Notes: a model not told the origin generated them from the letters alone. Counted from the first letter of the whole stretch, positions 1 to 11,472 are shown. The stretch: 63,789 nt of DNA, filler included, from Olpidium bornovanus S191 (GCA_017911155.1; 29 parts of 29 records of this genome joined end to end with filler, not necessarily neighbours in it), one strand, 5' to 3'. Numbers and translations: made by a program.

Positions 1-1
1 C

Positions 2-517
2 ATGATGTCGCGACTAGACACACCGGTGTGTCTAGTGGTCTTGCCGAATCTCGGGTCACGTGATCGGCACTCGGTGGGCTGCCCCCGAGAGGGGTTTGAC
101 GCAGCCCGAGAGGGGATTGACGCCGCCCGTAGCGCGCGCAGTGACATAAGGGCCATAGCCGGTGCGGAGAAAGAGATACTGAAATACACCAGAGCTGTCG
201 GACTGGCAAGCGGAATCGGCACAGCCGACCTGACAATACGAGGCATAGTAGAAAGGAGCGAAGGAAAGTGGAAAGGCTTCTACGCAAATTGCAAATCGTG
301 GACAATCAGAAGTGAGATGCATGTCATTGACTACGGTGATGGCCACATGATTCCGTCGTACAACCATCCAAGCAGCTTGTGGTACACTGGTGGAGACCAC
401 TACAATTGTCACTCAGACTGGTCAGGCGAAAAAAGCGTAGACATGTCCAAGGTGATCGGGCTCAACCAGCAGCAGCGTGACCTTCTTCACTCACTGTACG
501 AGAGCGATGACAGCTGA
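2..517 (+). CDS. Hypothetical intronless ORF (171 aa); weak resemblance to an OTU-like protease C-terminus
   Basis: Open frame from contig start to TGA. The motif LWYTGGDHYN loosely resembles the OTU L-x-Y...HY histidine motif, but no catalytic Cys motif is seen. Confidence 0.25.
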   Translation: MMSRLDTPVCLVVLPNLGSRDRHSVGCPREGFDAAREGIDAARSARSDIRAIAGAEKEILKYTRAVGLASGIGTADLTIRGIVERSEGKWKGFYANCKSWTIRSEMHVIDYGDGHMIPSYNHPSSLWYTGGDHYNCHSDWSGEKSVDMSKVIGLNQQQRDLLHSLYESDDS

Positions 518-967
518 AGCAGCGGAAACAGTGTCCCAAGCAGGAAGGTGACAGCCCTGGCTACAGACCGCGCGTGCTTCTGCTCCGCAGCCTGTTATGT
601 GATCGGCTCATTCGCCCATTGCGCAAATGTTCAAAACCAGGCGAAGACAAGCCCGCAGCAGGCTCTGTGCCACTGTCTCTCTCCAAGCCATACACCACAC
701 ATGACTCTCCCCGCACCACTGACCCTCACACCGCCAGCATCGCAGCTCAGTGCTGAACCTCGCACACGGCCACCCCACATCAATGGTCCACACTGTACTG
801 TCTGTCCTGTATGGTGTGCCTCTGTCGGGAGTTGAGAATGTCGGTATGTTGAGAAATGCGGTGATGTTGGAGGACGTACGTATGATAGTTGGAGGCGAGA
901 GTTTTCAAGTTTTTATCACAACTGCAATACACATCGTACTTGAAATGAAGTCAGTGCGCGATGGCGA

Positions 968-1072
968 ACCGAGCGAGCGAAGCGAGCGAGATGAGTGAAA
1001 AGTGACAGCAGTACCCGAGCGAGCGGAGCAAGTGAGGTGCAAGACCGCAGTATCCGAGCGAGCGGAGCGAGT
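968..1072. repeat. Three spaced copies of CCGAGCGAGCG(A/G)AGC(G/A)AG
   Basis: Motif read at about 968, 1015 and 1053, separated by purine-rich linkers. Confidence 0.6.
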
Positions 1073-1414
1073 GAAGTGAGTGTGAAGTGACAACAAGACC
1101 ATAGTCAGCAGTGAGCGGTAGCGACTCGAGAACCATCGCCCCACACGTGCCAGCCGTGACACACTCACAAGGCAGACGATGAAACACGTTGTCCATAACC
1201 AAGCGCATGGCCAGCGGTAGCTGTATATGTGTGTGCCCCCCGCCCCCCCCCCCCAGTGGCTGAATTGTGTAAAATTGTTTGCTGCAGAGTTTCTACGGGG
1301 CGCGCTTCTCAGCCCGCTCTACTATTTGCCCCCCCGCCCCCCCTTTTTCCTCCCATCTCCGGGCTCTGAAGGCAGCGAAATTCTACGACCCAGCCCCGCC
1401 CGCTTCTATGTACT

Positions 1415-2373
1415 CTATTGCAAGGATTTCACGAGGCACACCCCGTCCGCGTTTCCGTCCGGGATGATCTTCTCGTACAATCGGGGAAGCTCGGCCGCGA
1501 CAAGGAACCCCGCACGTTGGTAGAGCCTCTGCGCCTCGCTGTTCGTGCTCTGGACATGGAGGTACACGTGCCCGATTGTGCCATCGTCCGCCGCGACGGA
1601 AAGCGCGTAGTCCAGGAGCGCTTTGCCTTTTTTTTTTTTTTTTTTCGTGCGCCGGCACCCGATTTCGATGGTCACGCAAAGACTCCGCAATTAACTTTCG
1701 GCGGGGCGCGGGGTCCCGTGCAAGAATTCGATGGCGACAGCCCCGAGGCGGCGGAAGCTTACCTAGTCCTTTGTTTCGGTAGGGCGCCAGCACCCCGAGC
1801 GTCACGATGTACAGCACGTTCTTCCTGATGCCTTCCGCCTGGATGCTCTTGATTACATCCGTCTTGGATTCAGCCGCTGCTTCTCTGCGGCAGCACACGG
1901 CACCCACGCACGTGTCCCTGAAGTAGACTTCCAAATGGTCGAAAGTTACGCGGGGCGCAATTACAATAAAGCACTAGGTCAGGTAACGATCGAACCATCC
2001 CGTCAAGGGTCCGACGAAGCAGGAGCAAGATGTTGACGGTTGCTGTTCACCATACTTGTTCGGGAGTATACCTGTCCGTCTATAATAGAGTCGTAGAATT
2101 TCTTACCGAACCTGGTCTGCCGCAAGGGTTGCCGCCAAGCCCGGTCGCAGTACGATCAGATTTAACGCAGCTATTGCGGATGTGCCCGGAGGAAGCTGCT
2201 GCAGGCCTTACCGGGAACAGCACGGCGTGGAGGTTTCTTAGATCATCAATGTTCTCCTTAGTGACTGGGCATATGCGATACCGCTTGTCACTGGCGACGA
2301 CCGACTCTACGCTTCCAGCTGCCGCAGGTTCCGCCGTCGTCTCAGCTTCGGTTTCCGGCGCTTTTGCAAACAT
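1415..2373 (-). CDS. NAA50: Naa50/San-like N-terminal acetyltransferase (GNAT) domain, 4 exons
   Basis: Spliced reading gives ICPVTKENIDDLRNLHAVLFP|TRFGKKFYDS...|YFRDTCVGAVCCRRE...LYIVTLGVLAPYRNKGLG|KALLDY...VYLHVQSTNSEAQRLYQRAGF...stop 1415-1417. GT-AG intron at 2211..2117. Motifs match the Naa50 family (FP-x-Y/F-x2-KFY, VGAVCCR, YIMTLG, RxxGxG, YLHVQ). Confidence 0.8.
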
Positions 2374-2962
2374 TTCTGGCAGAAACGTCGCGAAGGTGAG
2401 GTAACTCGTGTGCCCTCGGACTTCGTCCGGCGGCATCGAGACGGCGAGCCCCCGTCCGGTATGCGCCGCCTGCTTGCCCTTTCTCGAAAACGGCGAGGCG
2501 GGTCCGGCCTTCCCGCCTGGCGGCGAGGCGGCCGCAACGCACCGCTGGGTCTGACTCCCGTCGTCTGCCGAAGCGAGTGCAGTTTCCGTTGGTTTCGGCG
2601 CGTTGTCTGTCATCGGCTCGTCATCCGCCGAGGCGAGTTCCGTTTCCGTTGGTTTCGGCGCGTTTTCTGTCATCGGCTCGTCATCCGCCGAAGCGACTAC
2701 CGTTTGCGGTTTCGGCGCGTTGTCTGTCGTCGGATCGCCGTCCGCCATCGGCTCGCCGGTGCTCGTCGCCGACGCCAAGTTCGCTGTTCTTCGCTCGTCT
2801 AGCAGCCGGGCCCGCTTATTCTGATGCTCGACGGCGACCTCGATCGCGTCGTGCACAGATGGGAGCGCGATCTTCCGCGTGTCTAACGGCTTCGCCAGGC
2901 ACTCGAACATCGTAATGTCTGGACGTATCAAGAACGTCCATCGAAATGAGAAGCAGGGGCAG

Positions 2963-3000
<38 letters not shown>

Positions 3001-3254
3001 AAAAAAGACGCCTTTCTAAAAGTCTCGAACCTCTAAACCGGTTTTCTCGCAAAGCAGCGCACGTCCGCTGAACCTGCTCTATGCACGGACTGAAGCAGCA
3101 TATCCGACCGCATTGATTTCGCTGTTCGCGGTCCGGACGTTGTAAGTCGAATCGGTTAAAGAAGGGAGCGTCCCATGCGGAATAATTGCGCCGACCTTGA
3201 ATGCAGACTTCGCAGCAGGAATTGCCTCCCATGGGGCCGGAAGATCTAGGAAAA
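2374..3254 (-). CDS. TRM61: tRNA (adenine58-N1)-methyltransferase catalytic subunit, C-terminal part (5'-truncated)
   Basis: Exons encode VFLDLPAPWEAIP, GRICCFSPCIEQVQRTC, DITMFECL and the family C-terminal motif GHTSYLTFAT; GT-AG introns flank the exons. Confidence 0.9.
2563..2750 (-). repeat. 60-bp coding tandem repeat (about 3 copies; ADDEPMT(D/E)NAPKPTET(A/E)LAS) inside TRM61
   Basis: GGTTTCGGCGCGTT(G/T)TCTGTC recurs at 60-bp period (2590, 2650, 2709) and the frame is preserved. Confidence 0.85.
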
Positions 3255-3350
3255 CTGTACGTCCGTAATAAAGGCGTGGCGCCGGCCGTCGCCAGAGCAC
3301 CCCGGGTGCGCGAAAAACGGTACGCGAGGAAAAGTTGATGAACGCAAGGC

Positions 3351-3450
3351 NNNNNNNNNNNNNNNNNNNNNNNNNNNNNNNNNNNNNNNNNNNNTTAATT
3401 AATTAANNNNNNNNNNNNNNNNNNNNNNNNNNNNNNNNNNNNNNNNNNNN
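3351..3450. other. Artificial contig-joining spacer (first of 28)
   Basis: 44 N + TTAATTAATTAA (stop in all six frames) + 44 N. The identical 100-nt block also starts at 4768, 6880, 9015, 11320, 12961, 14601, 16189, 17599, 19007, 21205, 25908, 32920, 34191, 35307, 36433, 37998, 39745, 41705, 43983, 47052, 49630, 51188, 52576, 54255, 57167, 59806 and 61084. Confidence 0.99.
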
Positions 3451-4489
3451 CATGACATTGGTTGCAAACAAAGTACCGCGCTTTGCCGGGTTTGCCCAGT
3501 CGTGACCCGAAAACAGGGTCTGCAGCGGCACTGCGTTCAGGTCGGCCGCGCGCGCGGCGACAAACTTCCGCTGCCCGACAGAGCGACCGGTCCGCAGGCA
3601 GACATAATCTCAAAGTGACGAGGCATCGACGACGATTTACCTGTTCGATCGCGTCTGTTGACGATGCGCGCGCGACGCCGTCTCGTCCGCAACCATGCGC
3701 GCCTCATCAAATGACACGACATCGTACTGGAGGAGTGCGCTGGGCGAGCTGTTTGGTCGATGTAACACACGCCGCCTCCTGCCTCTTCATCCTTGCGGCG
3801 GTGGGCGGGGTCGCGGCGGGGCCTGCTCGCCCAATCGTTCTAAAACGCGCAGGTTCCGTCGAGCGTCCCTCTTCGCTTTGTTGCGGTTCACAAGTTGATG
3901 CATCTCTTTTTTAACGACGCCCGGTCAAAACTGCGGACCCGGGTCTTCCGGGAATAATCCCGCCTGCAGCACCATGTTGCAGAGGTTCGCCGCCGCCGAG
4001 AAAACCAACGCAGGACAAGAGCGTACGCCGAAAAGCGGTTTTTTCGAACGTTCGGCGCTCCACTCCGCCGCGCGCGATTTGACCAAAAAGAAATTACTCG
4101 TTGATCGGCGACGCCCAGAACCCCGGCTGTTTTGAGAAAGAAGGAACTGGGAGAGCGGGGAGGGAGGAGAGCGTGGGGGAGATCTGCCCTGATGAAAACA
4201 ATCGCGCTTACCCGCCAACTCTTGGCGTGCCGCGAATAACAACACGCAGCATCGAAAAAAAAAGAAAAACTAAAACCGAGCTTGTCCGAAAGAAAAGAAA
4301 AATCCTAGGCCACCGTTAAAAAACAAGGCCAATGGTGGACCGGAAAGGTCTCCGGGGCGGTTGCAAGTCCAAGTTTTACAGCGACCTCGAGCCCGCTATG
4401 AAGGTCGCACATTTCCCCCTGTTTCTCTCTCGCGGGAACGGCATTCCCTGGCTTCCCCTTTTTTTCACCACGACTTCCTAATCGTCGTT

Positions 4490-4669
4490 TTAACGACCGT
4501 GCCTGCCGCCTCCGTGCCAGCCGCCGCCGTGCCAGCCGCCGCCGCCGTGCCGGCCGCCGCCGCCGTGCCGGCCGCCGCCGCCGTGCCAGCCGCGCTGGGC
4601 AAGAGCTTGCGGTGTCGAGGTCAGGACCAGCACCATCGTCAGCGCGAAGACGAAGTAGAAGTCAACCAT
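4490..4669 (-). CDS. Small secreted Gly/His/Arg/Trp-rich peptide (59 aa)
   Basis: Hand translation: MVDFYFVFALTMVLVLTSTPQALA-QRGWHGGGGRHGGGGRHGGGGWHGGGWHGGGRHGR*. Hydrophobic N-terminus with an A-L-A cleavage motif, AAAATG start context, TAA at 4492-4490. Confidence 0.75.
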   Translation of the reverse strand: MVDFYFVFALTMVLVLTSTPQALAQRGWHGGGGRHGGGGRHGGGGWHGGGWHGGGRHGR

Positions 4670-4867
4670 TTTTACCCCCAGTTTTTTTCGGGTGGACGCT
4701 GCTGCGACGTACAGGAAAGGTGAGGGGTCGCGCTCGCGTTGTCGTCGTGGCTGGAACCTTGCAGTAANNNNNNNNNNNNNNNNNNNNNNNNNNNNNNNNN
4801 NNNNNNNNNNNTTAATTAATTAANNNNNNNNNNNNNNNNNNNNNNNNNNNNNNNNNNNNNNNNNNNN

Positions 4868-6879
4868 CATGGCCGCCGACGTCGCGAGTTACAAGCCGAC
4901 GACTTTTCCACACCGCTTCGTCATCCACGGCCGCCTATACGAGTTTCGGGACGACACCCGCAGGCAGCACTCGGCCCTGGCGCTGCTCAGGCAGAACAGC
5001 AGCGCGGTCGCGGCCATCGACGCGGCCACCGGCGTCGACGTGTCCGTGTACTTTCCGCCGCCGGTGACCACGTGTTCCGAGCTGGCAGTGAAAGCCTTCT
5101 CCGTCTCGTGTTCGCTCCCGCAGTTCGATATGGCGTACTGCCACAGCGTGAAGCTTTCGGATCCGGTCATGAAATACAGCTTCCTCGGCGAGATCGCTTA
5201 CCAGTGGTCGGACATCAGTCGGCCGCCCGACGGCCGGAAGCTGTTCGCCTACAACGGCATCGTCCTCGACGTCACGCGGTTCCTGAAAGACAACGACTCC
5301 TTCCTGGGCCAGTGGGTCCAGGACGCCGTCGAGTCTTCTGTGGGGACCGACGCCACTATCCGCTTCGGCTCGAACAAGGCGACACGCGCGGCAGCTGCGT
5401 GCCTCCAGTCGCTGTACGCCGCCGGCGTGGTGAGCACCAAAACGGTCGGATGCTTCATCTCGGACATAATCCTCTACACCTCCCTTGTGGCCGTCCTGGG
5501 CGTCGTCGTCCTCAAATTCGTCCTGGCGGTCATCTTCAGCTGGTTCATGTCCCGCGAGCTCGGCCGCCTCCAGGAGAAGCGGAACAACTTCTACCGGAAC
5601 CGGAACCGAGGCAGTAAATCTTACGCGCTGGTGCGGAAGTCGCGTGACAACTTGGCGGACCGCCAGGGCAGCCTGCCGCTCAACCAGTCTCCGCATCACG
5701 TTCACGTATGCCCCGGGACACCCGGCTCCGGCCCCACCCGATTCGGCACCATCGCCTCGCCGGCGAACAGCCGGCCTCTTTCGGCGGCGTCGAGCCCGCA
5801 GCTCTCCGCGGCAGTGGCCTCGTTCGGGGGCGCAGCGGACACGCAGGTTTTGCCCGACGAACTCGCGCCATTCCCCACCGTCGAGGAGGCGCGAGACCTG
5901 AGAAACATCCACACGATCATGCTGGTGACTTGTTACAGCGAGGGAGAAGAATCGCTCAGGTGCACGCTGGACTCGCTCACCTGCACGGACTACTCGCCCG
6001 AGCACAAGCTGATCGTGGTCATCGCGGACGGCCTCATCCAAGGCGAAGGAAACCCCAAGTCGACGCCGCAGCTGCTTGTCGACATGCTGGAGCTGGATCC
6101 CACCCTGCCAAACCCGCCGGAGCCAATGATTTACTGCTCAATCGTAGACGGCGCAAAACGGCACAACAAGGCGCAGATCTACGTCGGGGTCTACCGGTGC
6201 GGCGGCAAGTGGGCCAACGCCGTGGTGATAGTCAAGTGCGGGACGGAGGGGGAGAAAGGGGGAGAGAAACCAGGGAACCGCGGCAAGCGGGACTCCCAAG
6301 TCATCCTGATGAGGTTCTTCCAAAAGGTCATTTTCAACGACCCAATGACGCCGCTGGAGTACGACCTGTTCTGCAAGATCCGGCACGCTGCCAAGGTGAC
6401 GGCTGACGCCTACGAGATCCTCTTGATGGTGGACGCGGACACCAAGGTGCTGGCGGACTCGGTCACGCGAATGGTGCTCTGCATGGCTCGCGACCCCGAG
6501 GTGATGGGTCTGTGCGGGGAGACGCGGATCGCCAACAAGCGGGCTACCTGGGTGACGCGGATCCAGGTGTTCGAGTACCACATCTCGCACCACCTGGGCA
6601 AAGCGTTCGAGTCGATCTTCGGAGGCGTCACCTGCCTCCCCGGATGCTTCTGCATGTACCGCATCAAGGCGCCGAAAGGCGACGGGAACCGCTGGGTGCC
6701 GATCATCGCCAGCCCCGCGGTCATCGACGAGTACCGCGTAAACGTCGTCGACACTCTGCACAAGAAAAACTTGCTGCTCCTCGGTGAGGACCGCTTCCTC
6801 ACGACGGTCATGTTGCGCAAATTTCCGAAACGGAAGATGATCTTCGTTCCCAAGGCGGTCTGCAAGACCGTCGTCCCGG
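4868..6879 (+). CDS. CHS: Chitin synthase, division 2 (class IV-like), internal fragment
   Basis: Cytochrome-b5-like segment (LFAYNGIVLDVTRF), then TCYSEG, GNRGKRDSQ, MVDADT, QVFEYHISHHLGKAFES, CLPGCF and LLLGEDRFLT. Open across the whole contig. Confidence 0.95.
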
Positions 6880-6979
6880 NNNNNNNNNNNNNNNNNNNNN
6901 NNNNNNNNNNNNNNNNNNNNNNNTTAATTAATTAANNNNNNNNNNNNNNNNNNNNNNNNNNNNNNNNNNNNNNNNNNNN

Positions 6980-9014
6980 CATGCACAGTACAATGTGCAA
7001 GTTTCTTTTAACCCGGTCGATGAAGTAGTTGTACAGCGCCGCGGGCGATCCGTCCCCGGCTCGACCCTCTTCGTTGGCCTGAGCCGCCGCCTTCTCAATA
7101 ATCGACTGCTTCTCGTCCGGCTGGAATAGGTTGGGGACGTCGCCGGTGTTCAGCAAGCTGTTTATGTCCTCGATAAAGGACTCTTCCTTTATCTGCGTAT
7201 CGCTAAAGAGAAACACTATCGGGCGATTTTCCTGCCCGGCTTTGCAAAGGATCTTTTTCACATCTTCCCTGAACTCGATTTTCGTGTAATTTTTAGTCAG
7301 CTCGATCTGGAAAGTCTCGTACTGCATGATGTGCGCCGCCAACCGGCAGGCGCTCTGGCGGCCGCTGCCGCCGACTCCGACAAGCAGAGCGTGGCCTCCC
7401 GGCAGTTTCAGTATGCGGCAGATTTTCACGACGTGCTCCACGGCAAAGTGGAAAAGTACAAGGTTCATTTTGCTCTTGTACAAGTTGTTGTAAACTACCA
7501 GTTGGGCTTCCATCGTGCTGACGATCGCTTTGACGTCCTTGATTTCCACGTACGGTTTGGCCTTATTTTTGTCCGCCGTGGCGGGCCTGCCTCCGCCTTC
7601 CGACGGCGCCGCTTGTTGTTGGTTAATCGACTGAGGTACCATGTCCCCGAAGAGCAGGCGACGCATATCGTCCTCCTGGACTTTTCCGGGAGTTCGCAAC
7701 GTCATGTGCTCAAAAATCTCTTCCATCGACGAATTGAATTTGCCGGCGACAGTCGACGATATGACGCCGAACAGACTCTTCCTGTCTTCGTCGCTGACAA
7801 GCCGGTCGCCGTAGACCCTCAGGACTTCGTGGACCCACAAGCGGACCATGAAGGTCACGTCCGTGTAGTTCGTCGGATCCGACAGCACCAAGCCCTGGAC
7901 GACCCGGGAGAAGTCCCGCAGGTTGAATGTGTAGTGCGTTTTAGCCGGCGTCGGCAAAAGGTTGGCCAGCGCCCACCGGTACACCGTCATGGTGGCGCCG
8001 ATGAGAGCAGGCACTGCGTTCTGGAATTCATCTGCGAACCCTCGTGTCGTCATGTGCCACATCAGCAGACGACTAAATATATGCTCCATAGTTTGGTCGT
8101 CGAAGGCGTTAATTGCTACCTGGCTGAAGTGGCGAAGGAACCGCGTAGAAACGGGGTTTCTGCCGCCTCCTGGCGGGCCCATGGCGGCCAAAAACTGAAT
8201 GTCGATGAGTTCCAGTTTGCTTGTATCCTTTTTGTCGTACCAGTTGCCGTGGTCAAGCCACTGCCTCAACAGCTCAATGGGTGGTTGCGCTCCATAGGTT
8301 TCCTTTGCGGGCATGTTAAGATCGTCGACAAAGATGATCATGCGCTTTCCAACGGGCGGGCCAAACACCCCTTTCCTCCTTTTGTCCAGCTTTGCCATTA
8401 TAATGTCCTGGGTCTGCGTTGCCGAAGTTCTCGCCGAAAAGTTCACCATCATCGGAATGTACTTTTCTTTGGGCATGCCGTTAAGCAGCTTGTTGGTGAT
8501 GTACTTGCTTTTTCCGGTACCCGTAGGCCCCACGAGCAACATTCGTTTGTCGTGAGTCAGCAGAAGGTCGAGCAGGTAATCATACCGGACCGTTTCTTTC
8601 GTTGGTATGGTTATGTTGCTGTATTCTGCGTTCGCAGGGATTTTCGCCTCTCGGTCTATCGCGTCCGTCCACAGGAGCCACTTCCCTCCGCCGTCGCCAC
8701 TGAACACGTAGTCGTATACCTGTCCGGATTCCGGCAATGGCACGATGAAGGGCGTTTTCATTTTCGACATTGCCGCCCGCAGGACGACGTCAAACTTCTG
8801 GCGGCCTGTGGTGTCCACGCTGCCGCCGATGGACCACACGAGGGCGAAAATGAACCGGGACTGGATCCTCGCTTCCATTTCTTGGTCCGTAAGCTGATTC
8901 GACCCTCCCAAATCGTCGAGAAGGCTATCAAGGATGTTGATCAACGAGCTGACCAGCCCGATGTCGGTCGTCGGGGCGAGCTCCTTGCATTCCCGGCGCA
9001 CAAGTTGTAGCATG
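6980..9014 (-). CDS. DNAH: Axonemal-type dynein heavy chain fragment (AAA2 end to AAA4), inner-arm-like
   Basis: P-loops GPTGTGKS and LLVGVGGSGRQS; KLDKRRKGVFGPP, FVDDLNMPAKETYGAQPPIELLRQW, HYTFNLRD and GDVPNLF. Confidence 0.95.
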
Positions 9015-10323
9015 NNNNNNNNNNNNNNNNNNNNNNNNNNNNNNNNNNNNNNNNNNNNTTAATTAATTAANNNNNNNNNNNNNNNNNNNNNNNNNNNNNN
9101 NNNNNNNNNNNNNNACCCGCGGAGCACGTGTCTTTTACCCTCATCGTAACAAAAAAGATCACACGCTCCGGCAGTTTCCTTCGCTTCCTGACCGCCTTTC
9201 TCCTACACCAAAAAAAGGGAAGAATTCAACCATGGGAGGCCCCCGTGCAGCGGACTCTCCATCCGTGCACCCTTCTTCTCCCAAAGAGCGGAGGCGAGGG
9301 TGAACAGGAGCAGGAACGCAGGACACCCTCTTCTCCCCACAGAGAGATTTGGAGAAAAGAATGGGCCCAACGATGAAAAGTTCGCTGCCCCGACGCCTCC
9401 GATGGTTGAATTTTTCCGTTGTGCTGAAAACGAGAGGGCGGTGAGGGAGGGAAGAAGGCTGCGGAGCGGTCTTTTGTTTACGATACAGGAAACGTCGCGT
9501 GCTCGATGGATCTACGGTTTGGCTCACACGAATCGTGTAATGTTCTTGATAACGGCGGGTTTTTCTCCTGACCGGCCGCGATGAACTTGGACTCCAAGGA
9601 CGTAGAAAGGAAAGAAATGACTGTGAGAAGCCGGGCAAATCGCGAAATCACGGGCGAGAAGCAAGAAGTGGCAAAAAGCAGCAAAAAAAAGAAAGAGAAA
9701 ATCTCAGAAAAAAAAAAAGAAGGTAGAAAGGAACAGAACGAAAACAGTAGAAAGTTGATCTAACGGTTAGCATGAGCCTGTCGTCCGCTTGTCTTGGCCT
9801 CGGCCCTCATCCTCGTCCTGTCATGATGAAAACGAGGGAAAAGCAACACGGGGAAAAACAAATCCAGTTTGCTCTCGTGAACTTGATAGCTTTAAGAAGC
9901 GAGGGACAAAAATCATCTGCTTTGCAGCGTGGTGATCATGGACATCGACGGCGTCAACGCTTTTTCAAAATTTGCGGAAGTCCGGAGCGCAAAAGTTCTT
10001 TCGTGAGCTCATCCGCCAAATTTCTTTTGCGAAATGACATCAACGACTTCTTTACTAGCGTCTTTGACATCTTTGAACATACAGTTCACAGAGTCTAATG
10101 TGTTTGGACCGTTTTGGAAGTCCATTATTGTCTCTGGCGATTATCGCTGTTCTATAATGCCGATGTGGAAGGGAATTGCATTATCGTTGTTAAGTATTAT
10201 CGAAACCTGCAATTTCTCTCCACGCATCCGACGCTGCCATGACTTCCGCTTCCGTCAAAATATGGGCGATGCAGTTTTGGCGTGCACTCCGCCAGGCCAC
10301 CACAGCATTTCCATAGCGAATTA

Positions 10324-10456
10324 TGTGCTAAAACTGACAGTGGGCCAACCGACGGTCAAACTCGGAACCCTCCCCTACCCGGAGGGATGCTCGACTACTG
10401 AGCTATCCGCCTTTTCGCACCAGGTGTCTGGCTCGTCATTGAAGCCACACTCAACA
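10324..10456 (-). mobile_element. Solo LTR of the tRNA-containing TRIM family
   Basis: TG...CA, about 131-133 bp. Shares the 18-bp block CACCAGGTGTCTGGCTCG, GAAGCC and a degenerate tRNA-like core (10341-10412: TAGCTCAGT box A, CCGAGTTTGACC box-B-like) with the LTRs at 61908 and 62140. Confidence 0.8.
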
Positions 10457-11237
10457 TGATGTATCCGATGATGGACCGATGATTGTCGTGAACGCGCTTC
10501 GAGTAACGTTTGCGGCCTCACGTTGAATTGATACGCAGGAAACGCATCTAAACGGCTCTTTTACAAAAACCTGCGATAGTTGACGCTTGTAGGCGCGAGG
10601 AAAAGATGGACAAGTGTGGTGAAAACCTACTTCCATAGCCTCGACGAGTTTAACGAAAGAAGAGATCAAGGCTGGATGCCAGAGTGTTGCAATTGTAGCG
10701 CTGGCCGGCCACTCACACTCTGAACTCCAACCGCAACGACCGATAAGGCCCGCAGAGGGCAGAGACGGCGCCTGGCCGAAATGGGCGGAGATGGGCTGCT
10801 GAACAATTAGTTCCACCGCAGCGTCGTGCTCTTGATCGTGACCCCATCTCTGCTTTCGGAAGGGGAAGGGAGCGGCGGCCGCCACCTAAGCTTTCCCTGC
10901 GGCTAAAATCCTGCCCAGTGCCTCCACGACCCTTCGACCGGTCCGACCACATCTTCCGCTGCTCTCCGCCCCCACCCCCCCCCCCCCCAACCCCCCCCCG
11001 CCCCCCCCCCCCTTCCCCCCGCCCCCCCCCCCCCTCCCCCTCCCCCCCCCCCCCCCCCCCCCCCCCCCCCATTCCCGAAGCCCCGGCCCCCCGAAAAAAA
11101 AAAAAAAAAAAAACAAAAGGATAAGTACACACACACACACACGCACACACACACACACACGCACGCACGCACGCACCTACGGTGCACGACACTTAAAGCC
11201 AACTACCCCCCCCCCCCCCCCCCCCCCACCCCCCCCA

Positions 11238-11319
<82 letters not shown>

Positions 11320-11440
11320 NNNNNNNNNNNNNNNNNNNNNNNNNNNNNNNNNNNNNNNNNNNNTTAATTAATTAANNNNNNNNNNNNNNNNNNNNNNNNN
11401 NNNNNNNNNNNNNNNNNNNCCCCCCCCCCGCGCGGGGGGG

Positions 11441-11472
<32 letters not shown>

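Noticed and set aside
7331-9010. Long antisense ORFs (7331-9010 +, 4935-6041 -, 19627-21072 +, 22896-24473 -)
   Set aside because: Shadow frames of GC3-rich real genes on the opposite strand; no motifs.
10713-11202. Poly-Gly/Pro/Lys ORFs and ORFs ending in X...LIN
   Set aside because: Produced by homopolymer runs or by reading into the N spacer.
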